Assembly (NCBI GenBank): GCA_965231075.1
Contig: OZ246412.1
Span: 257,587 to 321,586, forward strand
Direction: 5' to 3'
DNA length: 64,000 nucleotides
DNA from: an uncultured Candidatus Saccharibacteria bacterium
Lineage (GTDB): Bacteria; Patescibacteriota; Minisyncoccia; RBG-13-40-8-A
Part shown: positions 19,982 through 31,096 of the stretch, in pieces
Position numbering within the stretch: position 1 is the stretch's first letter
Layout of the letters: each line of letters starts with the position of its first letter
The notes under the pieces: model-generated
What the model was told of the DNA's origin: nothing
The model's database searches: none
What the model saw: the letters and a program-made list of their open reading frames with translations, nothing else
Position numbers and translations under genes: made by a program

Positions 19982-20309
19982 ATTTAATTTTACTTTTGTC
20001 GGCGACAACATAGCCGTATTTGGCCATAATATCGTCTAGCGTCGCCCATTTTTTATATGCTCCGCTTTTTACGGCACTGTCAGTTTCTTTTATATCTTTC
20101 TCTAAATCGGGAAATTCGCGCATAACCTCCATGGTCTCCATCCAGGAATCAAAATCTTCGGCAGACATCAAAACTGCTTTTGGTCTACCGTTTTCGGTAA
20201 AAGTATAGTAATTGTTTGGTTTTTGTACTTCTTCGGCAATATTAAAAATGTCCTTCCGTGCGTCGGAAATTGACATTGTTGTTTTTGGATTCATAGTTTT
20301 CTTTTTCAT
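19935..20309 (-). CDS. Phd/YefM family antitoxin
   Basis: MSISDARKDI..FTENGRPKAVLMSAEDF; upstream of and overlapping the toxin; start could also be ATG 20294. Confidence 0.88.
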   Translation of the reverse strand: MKKKTMNPKTTMSISDARKDIFNIAEEVQKPNNYYTFTENGRPKAVLMSAEDFDSWMETMEVMREFPDLEKDIKETDSAVKSGAYKKWATLDDIMAKYGYVVADKSKIKYGMANTIQKRGRKKS

Positions 20310-20324
20310 TTTTGCTTTAATTGT

Positions 20325-20362
20325 TATACGTACATAATAGCGTACATTAATTCGCGTGTCAA
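20325..20362 (-). promoter_or_regulatory. TA promoter with TGTACG operator-like repeats
   Basis: TTGACA-17-TATTAT with TGTACG on both sides of the -10, resembling the YefM-type TGTACA core. Confidence 0.6.
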
Positions 20363-20367
20363 GTTTA

Positions 20368-20404
20368 CCCCGACCACACGTCGGGGCCCGACGCAAGGTC
20401 GGGA
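20368..20404. repeat. Double-hairpin palindromic element (family B) copy 1
   Basis: ccccgac..gtcgggg-cccgac..gtcggga. Confidence 0.8.
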
Positions 20405-20411
20405 CGGGCCC

Positions 20412-21095
20412 TTATATCAATCCGTTGTCCTTAAAACTATAATAATTATTTTTTGCAACAATAACATGGTCTGCAACTTCGATGCCTAAAATTTTTCCTG
20501 CTTCCAATAAACGCTTGGTTGTGGTTAAGTCATATTCTGACGGCTCGCAATCCCCTGACGGATGATTGTGTACGAAAATAACCGATGCTGCATTATTCTT
20601 AATTGCTTCTGCAAATACTTCGCGCGGATGAACGATACTGGCATTGAGAGTTCCAACCGAAATTTCGGCAACAGAATAATTTCTGCTATTTAAAACAATA
20701 ATATAAAAACGTTCTTTGCGATTGTCTTTGAGTTTATTTTTGATTAATTGATAAACTTTTTTAGGATCGGTAAGTTCTTTACTTTTATATGAAGGGATTT
20801 GAGTAGAAAGACGATGGCCAATTTCGAAAACGGCCTTGATTTGAGTTGCTTTCGCCAATCCAATTCCTTTTATTAAAGACAATTCTTCGATGCTGGCTTC
20901 GGATAATTTTTGCAAACTGCCAAATTTTGATAATAATTTTTGCGCGGTTACTGAAACCGATTCACCGGCAACACCACGTCCCAAAATAACTTGCAATAAT
21001 TCTTGAGTCGATAGTGCTTGTTCGCCAAAACTAACCATTCGTTCGCGTGGTCGTTCTTCTTTGGGCAAATCATGAATAGTAAATGATTTATTCAT
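20412..21095 (-). CDS. radC: RadC (HhH plus JAB domain)
   Basis: ERPRER, GIGLAKA, VHPREVF, HNHPSGD.EPS..D, DHVI. Confidence 0.93.
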   Translation of the reverse strand: MNKSFTIHDLPKEERPRERMVSFGEQALSTQELLQVILGRGVAGESVSVTAQKLLSKFGSLQKLSEASIEELSLIKGIGLAKATQIKAVFEIGHRLSTQIPSYKSKELTDPKKVYQLIKNKLKDNRKERFYIIVLNSRNYSVAEISVGTLNASIVHPREVFAEAIKNNAASVIFVHNHPSGDCEPSEYDLTTTKRLLEAGKILGIEVADHVIVAKNNYYSFKDNGLI

Positions 21096-21114
21096 AACCC
21101 TATAATGCTATATC

Positions 21115-21342
21115 TTATTCCGCCGTTTTTTCCTCGCAACAACTACAGCAAGACTTTTTCTTGCTGAAACCAAAAATGTAGATGATTTCTAATATTGCAA
21201 GCGTGTTGGCGACTAACAATACAACAAACCAAATCTTACTATTGTTTCTTGCTGCTTTCCATAGAGCCACTGCCTTCCATGGCAATACCCAAATAATAAG
21301 CAACAATACAAGCCATATATTCGCGTTTAAAAATTGTTCCAT
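21115..21342 (-). CDS. DUF5652-like membrane protein
   Basis: WKAVALWKAARN..WF..NTLAILEIIY. Confidence 0.8.
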   Translation of the reverse strand: MEQFLNANIWLVLLLIIWVLPWKAVALWKAARNNSKIWFVVLLVANTLAILEIIYIFGFSKKKSCCSCCEEKTAE

Positions 21343-21597
21343 TTACCCTGTTAAATAAGATTTGAGTCGACTCCTGAGAAATAATTTACCATGATAGGTT
21401 TTAAGATATTTCTCTCGGTGAGTGGCATCTTGTTGATTCAAACATGCTTCATAATAAATCAACTTCAGTGGTCTTCGATTCTTTGTTGATTCTACTCTAC
21501 CTTTTTGGTGCAACTCAAATCTTAATTTTAAATTATTAGTATACCCTGTATAAAATTTATTATCTTTATTCGACCTTAATATATAAACATAATACAT
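21343..21597 (-). CDS. Stand-alone GIY-YIG nuclease
   Basis: YYVYILRS..FYTGYTNNLKLR..H..STKNRRP..YYEA..REKYLK; ends YLTG*. Confidence 0.93.
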   Translation of the reverse strand: MYYVYILRSNKDNKFYTGYTNNLKLRFELHQKGRVESTKNRRPLKLIYYEACLNQQDATHREKYLKTYHGKLFLRSRLKSYLTG

Positions 21598-21667
21598 ATC
21601 ATAACAAAATTATTTAAAATCATTTAACGGGGTGAATCTTTATTTAAAATTATTTAACAGGGTGAAT
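21343..21667. mobile_element. GIY-YIG gene bounded by inverted repeats (family A)
   Basis: Left ttaccctgttaaat; right atttaacggggtgaa at ~21622, with a tandem copy atttaacagggtgaa at ~21652. Confidence 0.65.
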
Positions 21668-22206
21668 TTAATTAATTTTAAATTCTTATCTCTAAAATCG
21701 GGAATTTTACTAAGTGGGCAATCGGCCACGACAATGTACATATCTAATTTCAGATTCTTCTTCTTTTTCGCTGCCCTGGTGATTGCCGCACACCTATGCA
21801 TACCTTCAATAACCACTATTCCTATTTTTGTGTTCCAAACAATAATTGTGGTTTGGGGTGGTAAATTTTTTAAATAATCAATCGCCCTCGGATGTTCTTT
21901 CATTTTAGCAAATATCGGTAAATTTTTGCCTTTATAATAATTTTTCGACCATCCGCTATACGGTCCACCGTGAAAATTAGGTACAGATTTTAATGGATTT
22001 GTGACTTTAAATAATTTCCATTCTCTATTTAGGGCTTCAATCGGTTCAAGATATTTTTTACGCCAATCAAGCCAAGATTTAAATCCTTTTTCTTTATAAT
22101 ATTCTTTCCAGTGAATTTGGTTGATTTCGTTTTTTCGCCAAATACTAAAAACCTCTTTCCATGTTAACGGTTTAATAAATTCAAATTCTTTATGATTCAA
22201 CTTCAT
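21640..22206 (-). CDS. Hypothetical protein, ParB-like EGxHR motif
   Basis: IVVIEGMHRCAA. Confidence 0.6.
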   Translation of the reverse strand: MKLNHKEFEFIKPLTWKEVFSIWRKNEINQIHWKEYYKEKGFKSWLDWRKKYLEPIEALNREWKLFKVTNPLKSVPNFHGGPYSGWSKNYYKGKNLPIFAKMKEHPRAIDYLKNLPPQTTIIVWNTKIGIVVIEGMHRCAAITRAAKKKKNLKLDMYIVVADCPLSKIPDFRDKNLKLIKFTLLNNFK

Positions 22207-22789
22207 AACTTTGATTTATGATTTTATCAATTTTCTCCCCTGCTTCGTTTATTTGCTCGCCTAAGTCTGGTTTGGACGTATCGAATGTATAGGTAAACGG
22301 AAAATCAAGATTTTGATGAAGTGGTTTACGAGCGAAATAATTTTCTATCGCATCTTCTGCATCTTTAAACAATAAACCATTGTACTTATAATTTTTAAGT
22401 TTATTGATAATAAATTCTTCCGGAGGATTGATGTGAATCCAAACGACTTTTAAATTTAATTCTTTTTGAATTTCTGCGATATAATTTCTCGCTCTTTCGG
22501 TAACGCAATCGGCATCTACGGCAACACTAAATCCTCGATGAAGATATTTTTTAATAAGTCCGTAAGCTATATCTCGCGCTTGTTCCCAATCAAGCCCTTC
22601 TTTTTTAAATAAAATTCTAATTTCGTCAGTGGAAACCCGCAATAAAGATAACTTTTTGCTTAATGGTTTAATAACCGTCGTTTTTCCTGACCCTATTAAC
22701 CCAATCGGACATAAAATAAATTGGTTTTTAGGTTTATTTTTGGGAATTTCCAATGTGCTTTCGTATAACGAAGTTATTGATTCGTTCAT
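22190..22789 (-). CDS. P-loop kinase-like protein (AAA_33/zeta-like)
   Basis: GLIGSGKTT, STDEIR, VAVDAD. Confidence 0.75.
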   Translation of the reverse strand: MNESITSLYESTLEIPKNKPKNQFILCPIGLIGSGKTTVIKPLSKKLSLLRVSTDEIRILFKKEGLDWEQARDIAYGLIKKYLHRGFSVAVDADCVTERARNYIAEIQKELNLKVVWIHINPPEEFIINKLKNYKYNGLLFKDAEDAIENYFARKPLHQNLDFPFTYTFDTSKPDLGEQINEAGEKIDKIINQSYEVES

Positions 22790-22790
22790 A

Positions 22791-23006
22791 TTAAATCTCT
22801 GTATCTCCTATTTTTATTGGACGGTTGAATGCCTCTAGTGCCAATCTTGTTTCTTCTAGCTCTTCAGCAATTGACTTATATTTTTCAGGATCTGTTTCGT
22901 GATCCATCGCTATCTCTAGTGCTTTCATTTTATCTTCTAATCCCCTTTTGTACTCCGCGCTATTTTTTTGATATTCTTCTTCCGCTTTTTTCTCAAAATT
23001 TTTCAT
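22791..23006 (-). CDS. Small helical hypothetical protein
   Basis: Start re-set to MKNFEKK; the longer upstream frame crosses a terminator. Confidence 0.6.
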   Translation of the reverse strand: MKNFEKKAEEEYQKNSAEYKRGLEDKMKALEIAMDHETDPEKYKSIAEELEETRLALEAFNRPIKIGDTEI

Positions 23007-23195
23007 GTCTTTTAATTTAATTATTATACCTTTATAATACCACATTTTACGAAATAAAAAAGCCCCACCAGTGTGAGTGGTGAGGCTGACTTTTCGAAAA
23101 CGGGGATGGGTTCTTGTTCTGTCCTTACTCGCTTTGAAAGCGAGGAGGTGCAATTACCCTTTCAAGGAGCCGATGGCTCCAACCCTAGTTTTCGA

Positions 23196-23402
23196 TCAGT
23201 CTCCGGTGAAGCACTCGCTGAGAAGTTCGAAGACCATCAGCTTCGCGAACTTCATCAGCTCGTCCGCGGGAATGCCAGTTTCCTTCGAGAGGTTGCCGGC
23301 TTCCCGTTTCAGTTCTGATCGAGAAAAGGTGTGTAGTCCTTTCCTTCGAAACAGAACCTTGAGCAGTGCCAGGGCAATTTCGCCCCGCCGTACTTGGTCC
23401 AT
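23196..23402 (-). CDS. Small hypothetical protein, own promoter and SD
   Basis: AGGAGG before ATG; TTGACA..TGCTATAAT at ~23480-23509. Confidence 0.7.
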   Translation of the reverse strand: MDQVRRGEIALALLKVLFRRKGLHTFSRSELKREAGNLSKETGIPADELMKFAKLMVFELLSECFTGD

Positions 23403-23520
23403 TTTGGACCTCCTTTCTTAAAGAACTACTACGAGACCTTCGTAGCAAGGATCACCAGAACAATTCTAATGACACTATCATTATAGCATACAATGCCTAA
23501 AAATGTCAAGTGGTATTGTG

Positions 23521-23858
23521 AAAAATAAAACCGGCGCCGGGGTTCCGAAGAACCGCGACGCCGAGCTGAAACCGAACCCTTAGAAGCCCTTAACGACCAG
23601 GTAGCTTGTAGGGACTTAACCCCATGACCTTTTCGTGGCCGTGGATTATGGACCCTGGGATCGGAATTAGCCGATGCTTGAAAGAACGGGGGCGCACCAC
23701 CACACCCCTCTGATTAATTAGGAACCCGGGACCTGCCCCCTGGATATTGACCGGTGTAGTTTGCCGGACCAGTTCCCCTTCTTAAGTATGCGGGCCCTCT
23801 GCTAAGCGTTCATGCGCCGCAAAAGGTCAACCGGGAGGACAGTCTCCTTATGGTCATT
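23521..23858 (-). ncRNA. Candidate large structured ncRNA
   Basis: No ORF of 60 aa or more; nested long-range helices; promoter upstream; GC hairpin plus U-tract downstream. Confidence 0.6.
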
Positions 23859-23861
23859 ATA

Positions 23862-23889
23862 AGTATAGCATATCTATAAAGTTTGTCAA
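23862..23889 (-). promoter_or_regulatory. Sigma70-type promoter
   Basis: TTGACA-16-TATACT with extended TG. Confidence 0.7.
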
Positions 23890-23978
23890 GCCCTTTATAT
23901 GGAATAAAAAAAAGGGGCTTCGGTTGAATGAAACCGAAGCCCTTCACGGCTCGTCTTTCGTTTGTTCCCTGTAAAGGT

Positions 23979-24170
23979 TCATTGTTTCGTGTCTTCTTCT
24001 TCCCTGGTGTCCCAGGACAGAAAATCGTCGCATCCGTCCGCAGGATTCTTGATTTTGGCGCGGAACAGTTTTTTGATCTTGTTCCACAGCCCGAATCTTC
24101 GTTGACGCCAACATTTCATTCCGTCTTCGACACAGTCTCTACACGTCACGTCTTCGAATTCCACGTTCAA
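23979..24170 (-). CDS. Small Cys-containing hypothetical protein
   Basis: GGAGGTGA SD before TTG; CxxC..C..C; terminator at ~23905-23945. Confidence 0.6.
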   Translation of the reverse strand: MNVEFEDVTCRDCVEDGMKCWRQRRFGLWNKIKKLFRAKIKNPADGCDDFLSWDTREEEDTKQ

Positions 24171-25256
24171 TCACCTCCTTTGTTCTGATTTATTTGTGGA
24201 ATAAACTCCCTCTAAAAATTGTCTACTTGTTACTATTTTTGAAATAAGTCGCAACACTCTTTCTCCGCGTAAAAATTTTTCGATTTTTGCTCTTAATTCT
24301 GGACTCATTTTTTCCAGATTAGTTTTCTCAATATCAGTAATTGCTTTTAAAACTTCTTCGTATTTATCTAAAATTTCTCTTTGAGTTTCTAAGTTTAAAT
24401 TAAAAAATCTTTCAGTTATCTGCATAAAAGGTGTAATTTGTGTTAAAATTTCCTGCAAAAATAACATTCTTGTAATTAAATTATTTTTTAGATGATTTTC
24501 GCCATCTTCACGGTCCCAAATTCTAAGCATCCCTGCAAAAGTATTATTATCAATTCCCACAACGAACCTAGGAATTCCTTTTGCTCTTAAAAATATTTCT
24601 TCGTTTCCATATTTAATCTGTGTTTTTTTCTGTTCTGCAGCGTCTTTTCTTAATCTGTCTTGGTAGTCATTTTTTACATCTCTCGTAGTTTTAAAACAAA
24701 GAACTCTTTCTAATACTGTTTTTTTTATGCTCTCTCTGATGGTTGTGAGTTTAGATGCAAATTCGGCATCGTTTTCAAAAACAACATCAATTACAAAAGA
24801 AAAAGTTTTATTTTTTTCTGGGTCAAAAAATTCAACAATTAAATCAATCCCCCTGTTTGATTCCTCTTGTTTTGCTGGAATCATTGCTTTAACATTCTCT
24901 CCCAGCCAGCCACCATTTATCTGTTTAAATAGCATCAATCTTATCATTTGATCTTTTTCTTTGTCGGTTTTATCGGCTTTTGGCATGTTGTCCAGTTTTA
25001 TCTCGGGTTTAAGAAATTTTACAACCTCTTTGATGTTTTTCGGACCATATAGTTTCAAAAATTCAGGATCATTGCTCTTTATCCTTTCCCTTTCTGTTTC
25101 TTCTTCAATTCTGTGTGCTTTAAAAGCATTATCAATAACATCGAGGGACTCTTTGTCAGCAACTCGTTGATATGTTGGATCCTGTTTTGCTATGTGGGGA
25201 TCACCATTCAATGGAAGATCTTGTTTGTCTTTGGTCATATGTGTTAAATTTATCAA
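24171..25256 (-). CDS. Hypothetical protein (possible PD-(D/E)xK-like fold)
   Basis: Long ORF; GIDLIVEF..FVIDV; start uncertain. Confidence 0.65.
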   Translation of the reverse strand: MINLTHMTKDKQDLPLNGDPHIAKQDPTYQRVADKESLDVIDNAFKAHRIEEETERERIKSNDPEFLKLYGPKNIKEVVKFLKPEIKLDNMPKADKTDKEKDQMIRLMLFKQINGGWLGENVKAMIPAKQEESNRGIDLIVEFFDPEKNKTFSFVIDVVFENDAEFASKLTTIRESIKKTVLERVLCFKTTRDVKNDYQDRLRKDAAEQKKTQIKYGNEEIFLRAKGIPRFVVGIDNNTFAGMLRIWDREDGENHLKNNLITRMLFLQEILTQITPFMQITERFFNLNLETQREILDKYEEVLKAITDIEKTNLEKMSPELRAKIEKFLRGERVLRLISKIVTSRQFLEGVYSTNKSEQRR

Positions 25257-25344
25257 TTCGTGGTTGTTTTGTCAAACGAAATAAATATAATTATAAAATA
25301 AAATTTGATTTAAAAATATTTCTATTATACAATAAATACATTAC

Positions 25345-25403
25345 CATTCCGCAGTAGCCCCGACGTACGAGTCGGGGTCCCGACCAAAGCGTCGGGACTC
25401 AAT
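25345..25403 (+). repeat. Duplicated 5' end of tRNA-Asn interrupted by a family B element (25358-25397)
   Basis: cattccgcagtag + 40-bp double hairpin + ctcaat, versus cattccgcagtagctcaat at 25662-25680. Confidence 0.85.
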
Positions 25404-25407
25404 ACCT

Positions 25408-25674
25408 ATGTCATTTGTTTATATTTTAAAAAGTTTGAAAGATGGACGTTATTATATCGGAAGTACCACAAATTTAGAAGAAAGATTAAAGCACCACAAG
25501 AGTGGATTTACTCCATCAACAAAAAGATTTGGTGGTGTCGAGTTGATTTTTCAACAAGAATATAAATTATTAAAACAGGCGCGTTATATTGAAAAAAGGT
25601 TAAAAAATTTAAAGAGAAAAGATTATTTAGACAAGATAATTAAAGACGGTCACATTAATATCATTCCGCAGTAG
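25408..25674 (+). CDS. Stand-alone GIY-YIG nuclease
   Basis: FVYILKS..YYIGSTTNLEERLKHH..STK..ARYIEKRLK; stop codon lies inside the tRNA gene. Confidence 0.93.
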   Translation: MSFVYILKSLKDGRYYIGSTTNLEERLKHHKSGFTPSTKRFGGVELIFQQEYKLLKQARYIEKRLKNLKRKDYLDKIIKDGHINIIPQ

Positions 25675-25739
25675 CTCAATGGTAGAGCAGCTCCCTGTTA
25701 AGGAGTTGGTTGTAGGTTCGAATCCTACCTGCGGAGCCA
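25665..25739 (+). tRNA. tRNA-Asn(GUU)
   Basis: Cloverleaf TCCGCAG..CTGCGGA G CCA, anticodon loop CT GTT AA, GTTCGAATC. Confidence 0.96.
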
Positions 25740-25759
25740 GAAAAAAGGAGGGAAAAATC

Positions 25760-26164
25760 TTGAAGAAAAAATATGCCGAATTTTTTTTCATGCAAATGGG
25801 ACCGACATGTGGTGTCTGCGTTCTAAACACTGTATTAAAAATGTTTGGTAAACGCGGAGTGATTTTCAACATTTCTTATGCTCCCAACAAGGGAGTTTCT
25901 CCAAAAAGAATTATGTATGAATTGCGTCGAGCAGGACTTGACGCTATTTCTAGAAAAATCAGCATCCGCAGTCTAAAAAGAGGATTTATTCTCTATTACG
26001 AACCCCCGATCGATCACTATGTCGTAGTGGGCGAAGTGAAAAAAGAAAAAATTCTCATCTACGACAGCGCTAGGTACGCACCTTATTGGACAACCCCATC
26101 CAAGCTTTCCGAAAAATGGAAAGGATGGGCGATTAAAGTTACGAAACCAAACGGCAGGGGCTGA
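25760..26164 (+). CDS. C39-like cysteine peptidase
   Basis: SD AGGAGGG plus TTG; Q..PTCG, HYVV, IYDS. Confidence 0.75.
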   Translation: MKKKYAEFFFMQMGPTCGVCVLNTVLKMFGKRGVIFNISYAPNKGVSPKRIMYELRRAGLDAISRKISIRSLKRGFILYYEPPIDHYVVVGEVKKEKILIYDSARYAPYWTTPSKLSEKWKGWAIKVTKPNGRG

Positions 26165-26179
26165 CCCCTGCCGTGTTTT

Positions 26180-26181
<2 letters not shown>
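26151..26181. terminator. Hairpin terminator between convergent genes
   Basis: acggcagggg ctga cccctgccgt followed by T-run. Confidence 0.7.
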
Positions 26182-28485
<2,304 letters not shown>

Positions 28486-28495
28486 AATGTTAGTT

Positions 28496-30223
28496 TTAAT
28501 TATTTGTTAACTCACTTAATTCTTCCGCTAATTTACAAAATTTTTCGTTTAATTTTTTTTGCTTATCTTTGTCGTTAGCATCTTCTGCTGTTTTGATTTC
28601 TAAACTAATTTGTATCAACTCTTGTTTAAGATGATTCTTTTTTAGTTCCTGTATACAAAAATCCATTTCTTTTAAAGTCTCTGTTTCTTCTATATTAAGA
28701 TGTTCTACTTTAAAAATCAAATAATTCGCCAAAAACTTGTCTTCTTCCGATTCGATTTTATTGGTTTTAATATTTTTAACAAATTTCTTTAATTCTTCGG
28801 TGTTTAAAAGTGAGTCGTAGAAATTTTTGTTTAAATATTCCAAATGTTCGGGATATTTTAAAACCAAACCCAACAAAATTTCTTCCAGCTCCTTAATTCT
28901 TGATCTTTCCGCGAAATGCTCTGAAGGAGCTTCTGCGCCTTCTTCACGCGACTTTATTCTCCTCAACGCTTCAATTAGCGTTTTTTCTTCAACCTTTAGC
29001 TTTGACGCCAAAACTTGAAGCCAATGTGATTGTTCAACCACATTCACTATTCCCTTAATGGGATATAATAGTTCTTTGGCAATTTCTCGTTTGTCGTCAA
29101 CACTTAAATTTTTATCTTTGTATTTATTAAATGCATTTTCAAAATAGAAATCCATGATTGGTTTTGAATTTTCTAAAATTCGCTTCCATTTTTCTGGGTC
29201 TTGCTTGATAATTTCTGCGGGATCTTTTTCTTTTTCTGAAAGAATTGCAACCTTAACATTAAATTCAAATTGTTGCGCTAAACCAATCGCTCTTTTGGTT
29301 GCACCCTCACCGCCTGTATCGGCATCAAAAGAAAATACTAACTTATCGGTATATCTTTTAATTGTTTGCAGATGGTTTGTGGTCAACGCCGTACCAGAAA
29401 CGGCAATTACATTTTTATATCCCGCCTGGTGGCACATAATTAAATCCATCTGACCCTCAACAGCAATGCATTGATCCTGTTTACGGATTTCTGTTTTAGC
29501 CTTGTCGAGGCCATAAATAATGTGACTTTTATTATAAATTATGGTTTCGGGGGTGTTTACATATTTCCCGACGTTGGGATTGTCTTGTCCGAAAATTCTT
29601 CCAGTAAATCCCACCACCTGACCATTCAAATCAAACAATGGAAACATGATTCTATTTCTAAATCTATCGAAATATCTGTTTTCGTTCTCCTTTTTAATAA
29701 TCAACCCGGCTTTTTCTATGTCTGGCGCCTTATAACCAATTTGTGTTAAATGCTTCAAAAGACCATCCCACGAATCGTTGGAATAGCCGATTTTAAATTC
29801 TTTAATTGTTTCGGGTTTTAACCCTCTGTTCTGTATATACCCAAACGCAGGTTTGTTTATTTCAAGTTGTTTCTGGAAGTATTCTGTGGCTTCGTCACAA
29901 ATCTCAAATAAAAGATTTCTTTGACTGCGAATTTGTGGATCTTCTCTTTTTAAAACCACTCCCGCTTTTTTAGCCAAAGTTCTTAATGCCTCAGGAAATT
30001 CAATCCCTTCAATTTTTTGCACAAACGAAAAAATATCTCCACCTAAATTACACGAAAAACAATGCCAAATTTGCTTAGACGGAGAAACAAAAAAAGAAGG
30101 CGTTTTTTCCTTATGAAACGGACAGGGTGCTTTGTAATCCTTGCCCGCTTTTTTAAGTTTGATATATCCTTCAATTACTTCAACCACATCCAACCTAGAT
30201 TTTATTTCATCGATTGGTCCCAT
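28496..30223 (-). CDS. dnaG: DNA primase
   Basis: [41 protein letters not shown]. Confidence 0.96.
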   Translation of the reverse strand: MGPIDEIKSRLDVVEVIEGYIKLKKAGKDYKAPCPFHKEKTPSFFVSPSKQIWHCFSCNLGGDIFSFVQKIEGIEFPEALRTLAKKAGVVLKREDPQIRSQRNLLFEICDEATEYFQKQLEINKPAFGYIQNRGLKPETIKEFKIGYSNDSWDGLLKHLTQIGYKAPDIEKAGLIIKKENENRYFDRFRNRIMFPLFDLNGQVVGFTGRIFGQDNPNVGKYVNTPETIIYNKSHIIYGLDKAKTEIRKQDQCIAVEGQMDLIMCHQAGYKNVIAVSGTALTTNHLQTIKRYTDKLVFSFDADTGGEGATKRAIGLAQQFEFNVKVAILSEKEKDPAEIIKQDPEKWKRILENSKPIMDFYFENAFNKYKDKNLSVDDKREIAKELLYPIKGIVNVVEQSHWLQVLASKLKVEEKTLIEALRRIKSREEGAEAPSEHFAERSRIKELEEILLGLVLKYPEHLEYLNKNFYDSLLNTEELKKFVKNIKTNKIESEEDKFLANYLIFKVEHLNIEETETLKEMDFCIQELKKNHLKQELIQISLEIKTAEDANDKDKQKKLNEKFCKLAEELSELTNN

Positions 30224-30295
30224 ATGATATTAGTTTATTCTACTTTTTGAAAAAAGTAAACCCCGAAACCGTTTTGTGCGGTATCGGGGCAAGAG

Positions 30296-30739
30296 TCACT
30301 CTGTGGTATCTTTTCTGTCAAAGAGCGCAGATGTATACATTAGGGCGATGTTCTTGGTATTAGGAAATTCGGTTTTGTGAATAATTCCCCTTTCTTTATC
30401 ATAAACTTCGCTTAGGACAATCCGCAGGGCCTCTTCCTGGAGAGCTGTGGAATCTATTTTGATGGTTTTGGTTAATTTCCGCCCACTCCTCAGAAGAGGA
30501 ACGTAGTACCATTCCATTTTCCCGTTTCTATTAATACGCAAAACGATGTTGCCACGCTTTAGCTGTTTATCCAAAATCACATCCCCATAGGGATTTATCG
30601 AAAGACTTCTATCCACAAATCGGTTCCAGTTAATTGGAACTTCTTCGATCCCTGTCTCGGAAAATTCCTCCATTACTCCTTGTCGGAGCCAACGAAGCTC
30701 TATGGTTGTATTTTTTGTCTGCCTATTTTTGTGACTCAT
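30296..30739 (-). CDS. Hypothetical protein, own promoter, SD and terminator
   Basis: GGAGGTGA SD; hairpin 30261-30289. Confidence 0.7.
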   Translation of the reverse strand: MSHKNRQTKNTTIELRWLRQGVMEEFSETGIEEVPINWNRFVDRSLSINPYGDVILDKQLKRGNIVLRINRNGKMEWYYVPLLRSGRKLTKTIKIDSTALQEEALRIVLSEVYDKERGIIHKTEFPNTKNIALMYTSALFDRKDTTE

Positions 30740-30813
30740 GTCACCTCCTCATAATAAAATGTGCTCTAATTATAGTGTTTTAATTTAACACTTTTTATTT
30801 TAAAAGTCAAGAG

Positions 30814-31086
30814 CTAATCGATATGCCAAAATTTTTTTGGACCGACCGGATCTCTGCCCCAAACCTTTAAATGAATCATATCTAAAAAATCAGAAACGAC
30901 TTGTCCGACTCCGATAGCAATTAAATAATATCCCCACCACTTATCTTTAAAAATTATTCCTATGATTACAAGTATTAATCCTGGTATCCAGTGATGAAGT
31001 CCATTGGTTTCTCCTAAAAAAATGTGTCCCACCCGACCTGCGGCATAACTTACAAATGCCACCAACGAGTACAATAAAAACTGCAT
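30814..31086 (-). CDS. Small membrane protein
   Basis: 3 TM, HHW motif. Confidence 0.7.
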   Translation of the reverse strand: MQFLLYSLVAFVSYAAGRVGHIFLGETNGLHHWIPGLILVIIGIIFKDKWWGYYLIAIGVGQVVSDFLDMIHLKVWGRDPVGPKKFWHID

Positions 31087-31096
31087 GAATCTATTT

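Noticed and set aside
20310-20396. Extended N-terminus of the antitoxin in the ORF track
   Set aside because: Runs through the promoter and palindromic element
7515-23006. Integron cassette array
   Set aside because: No intI and no attC-like repeats; most intergenic gaps are too short
23521-23858. Identification as RNase P, tmRNA, SRP, T-box or group I intron
   Set aside because: Diagnostic conserved sequences not found
25679-25759. N-terminal extension of the C39 peptidase ORF (likewise 32950-33015 and 39404-39658)
   Set aside because: Overlaps tRNA or structured non-coding sequence; better starts lie downstream
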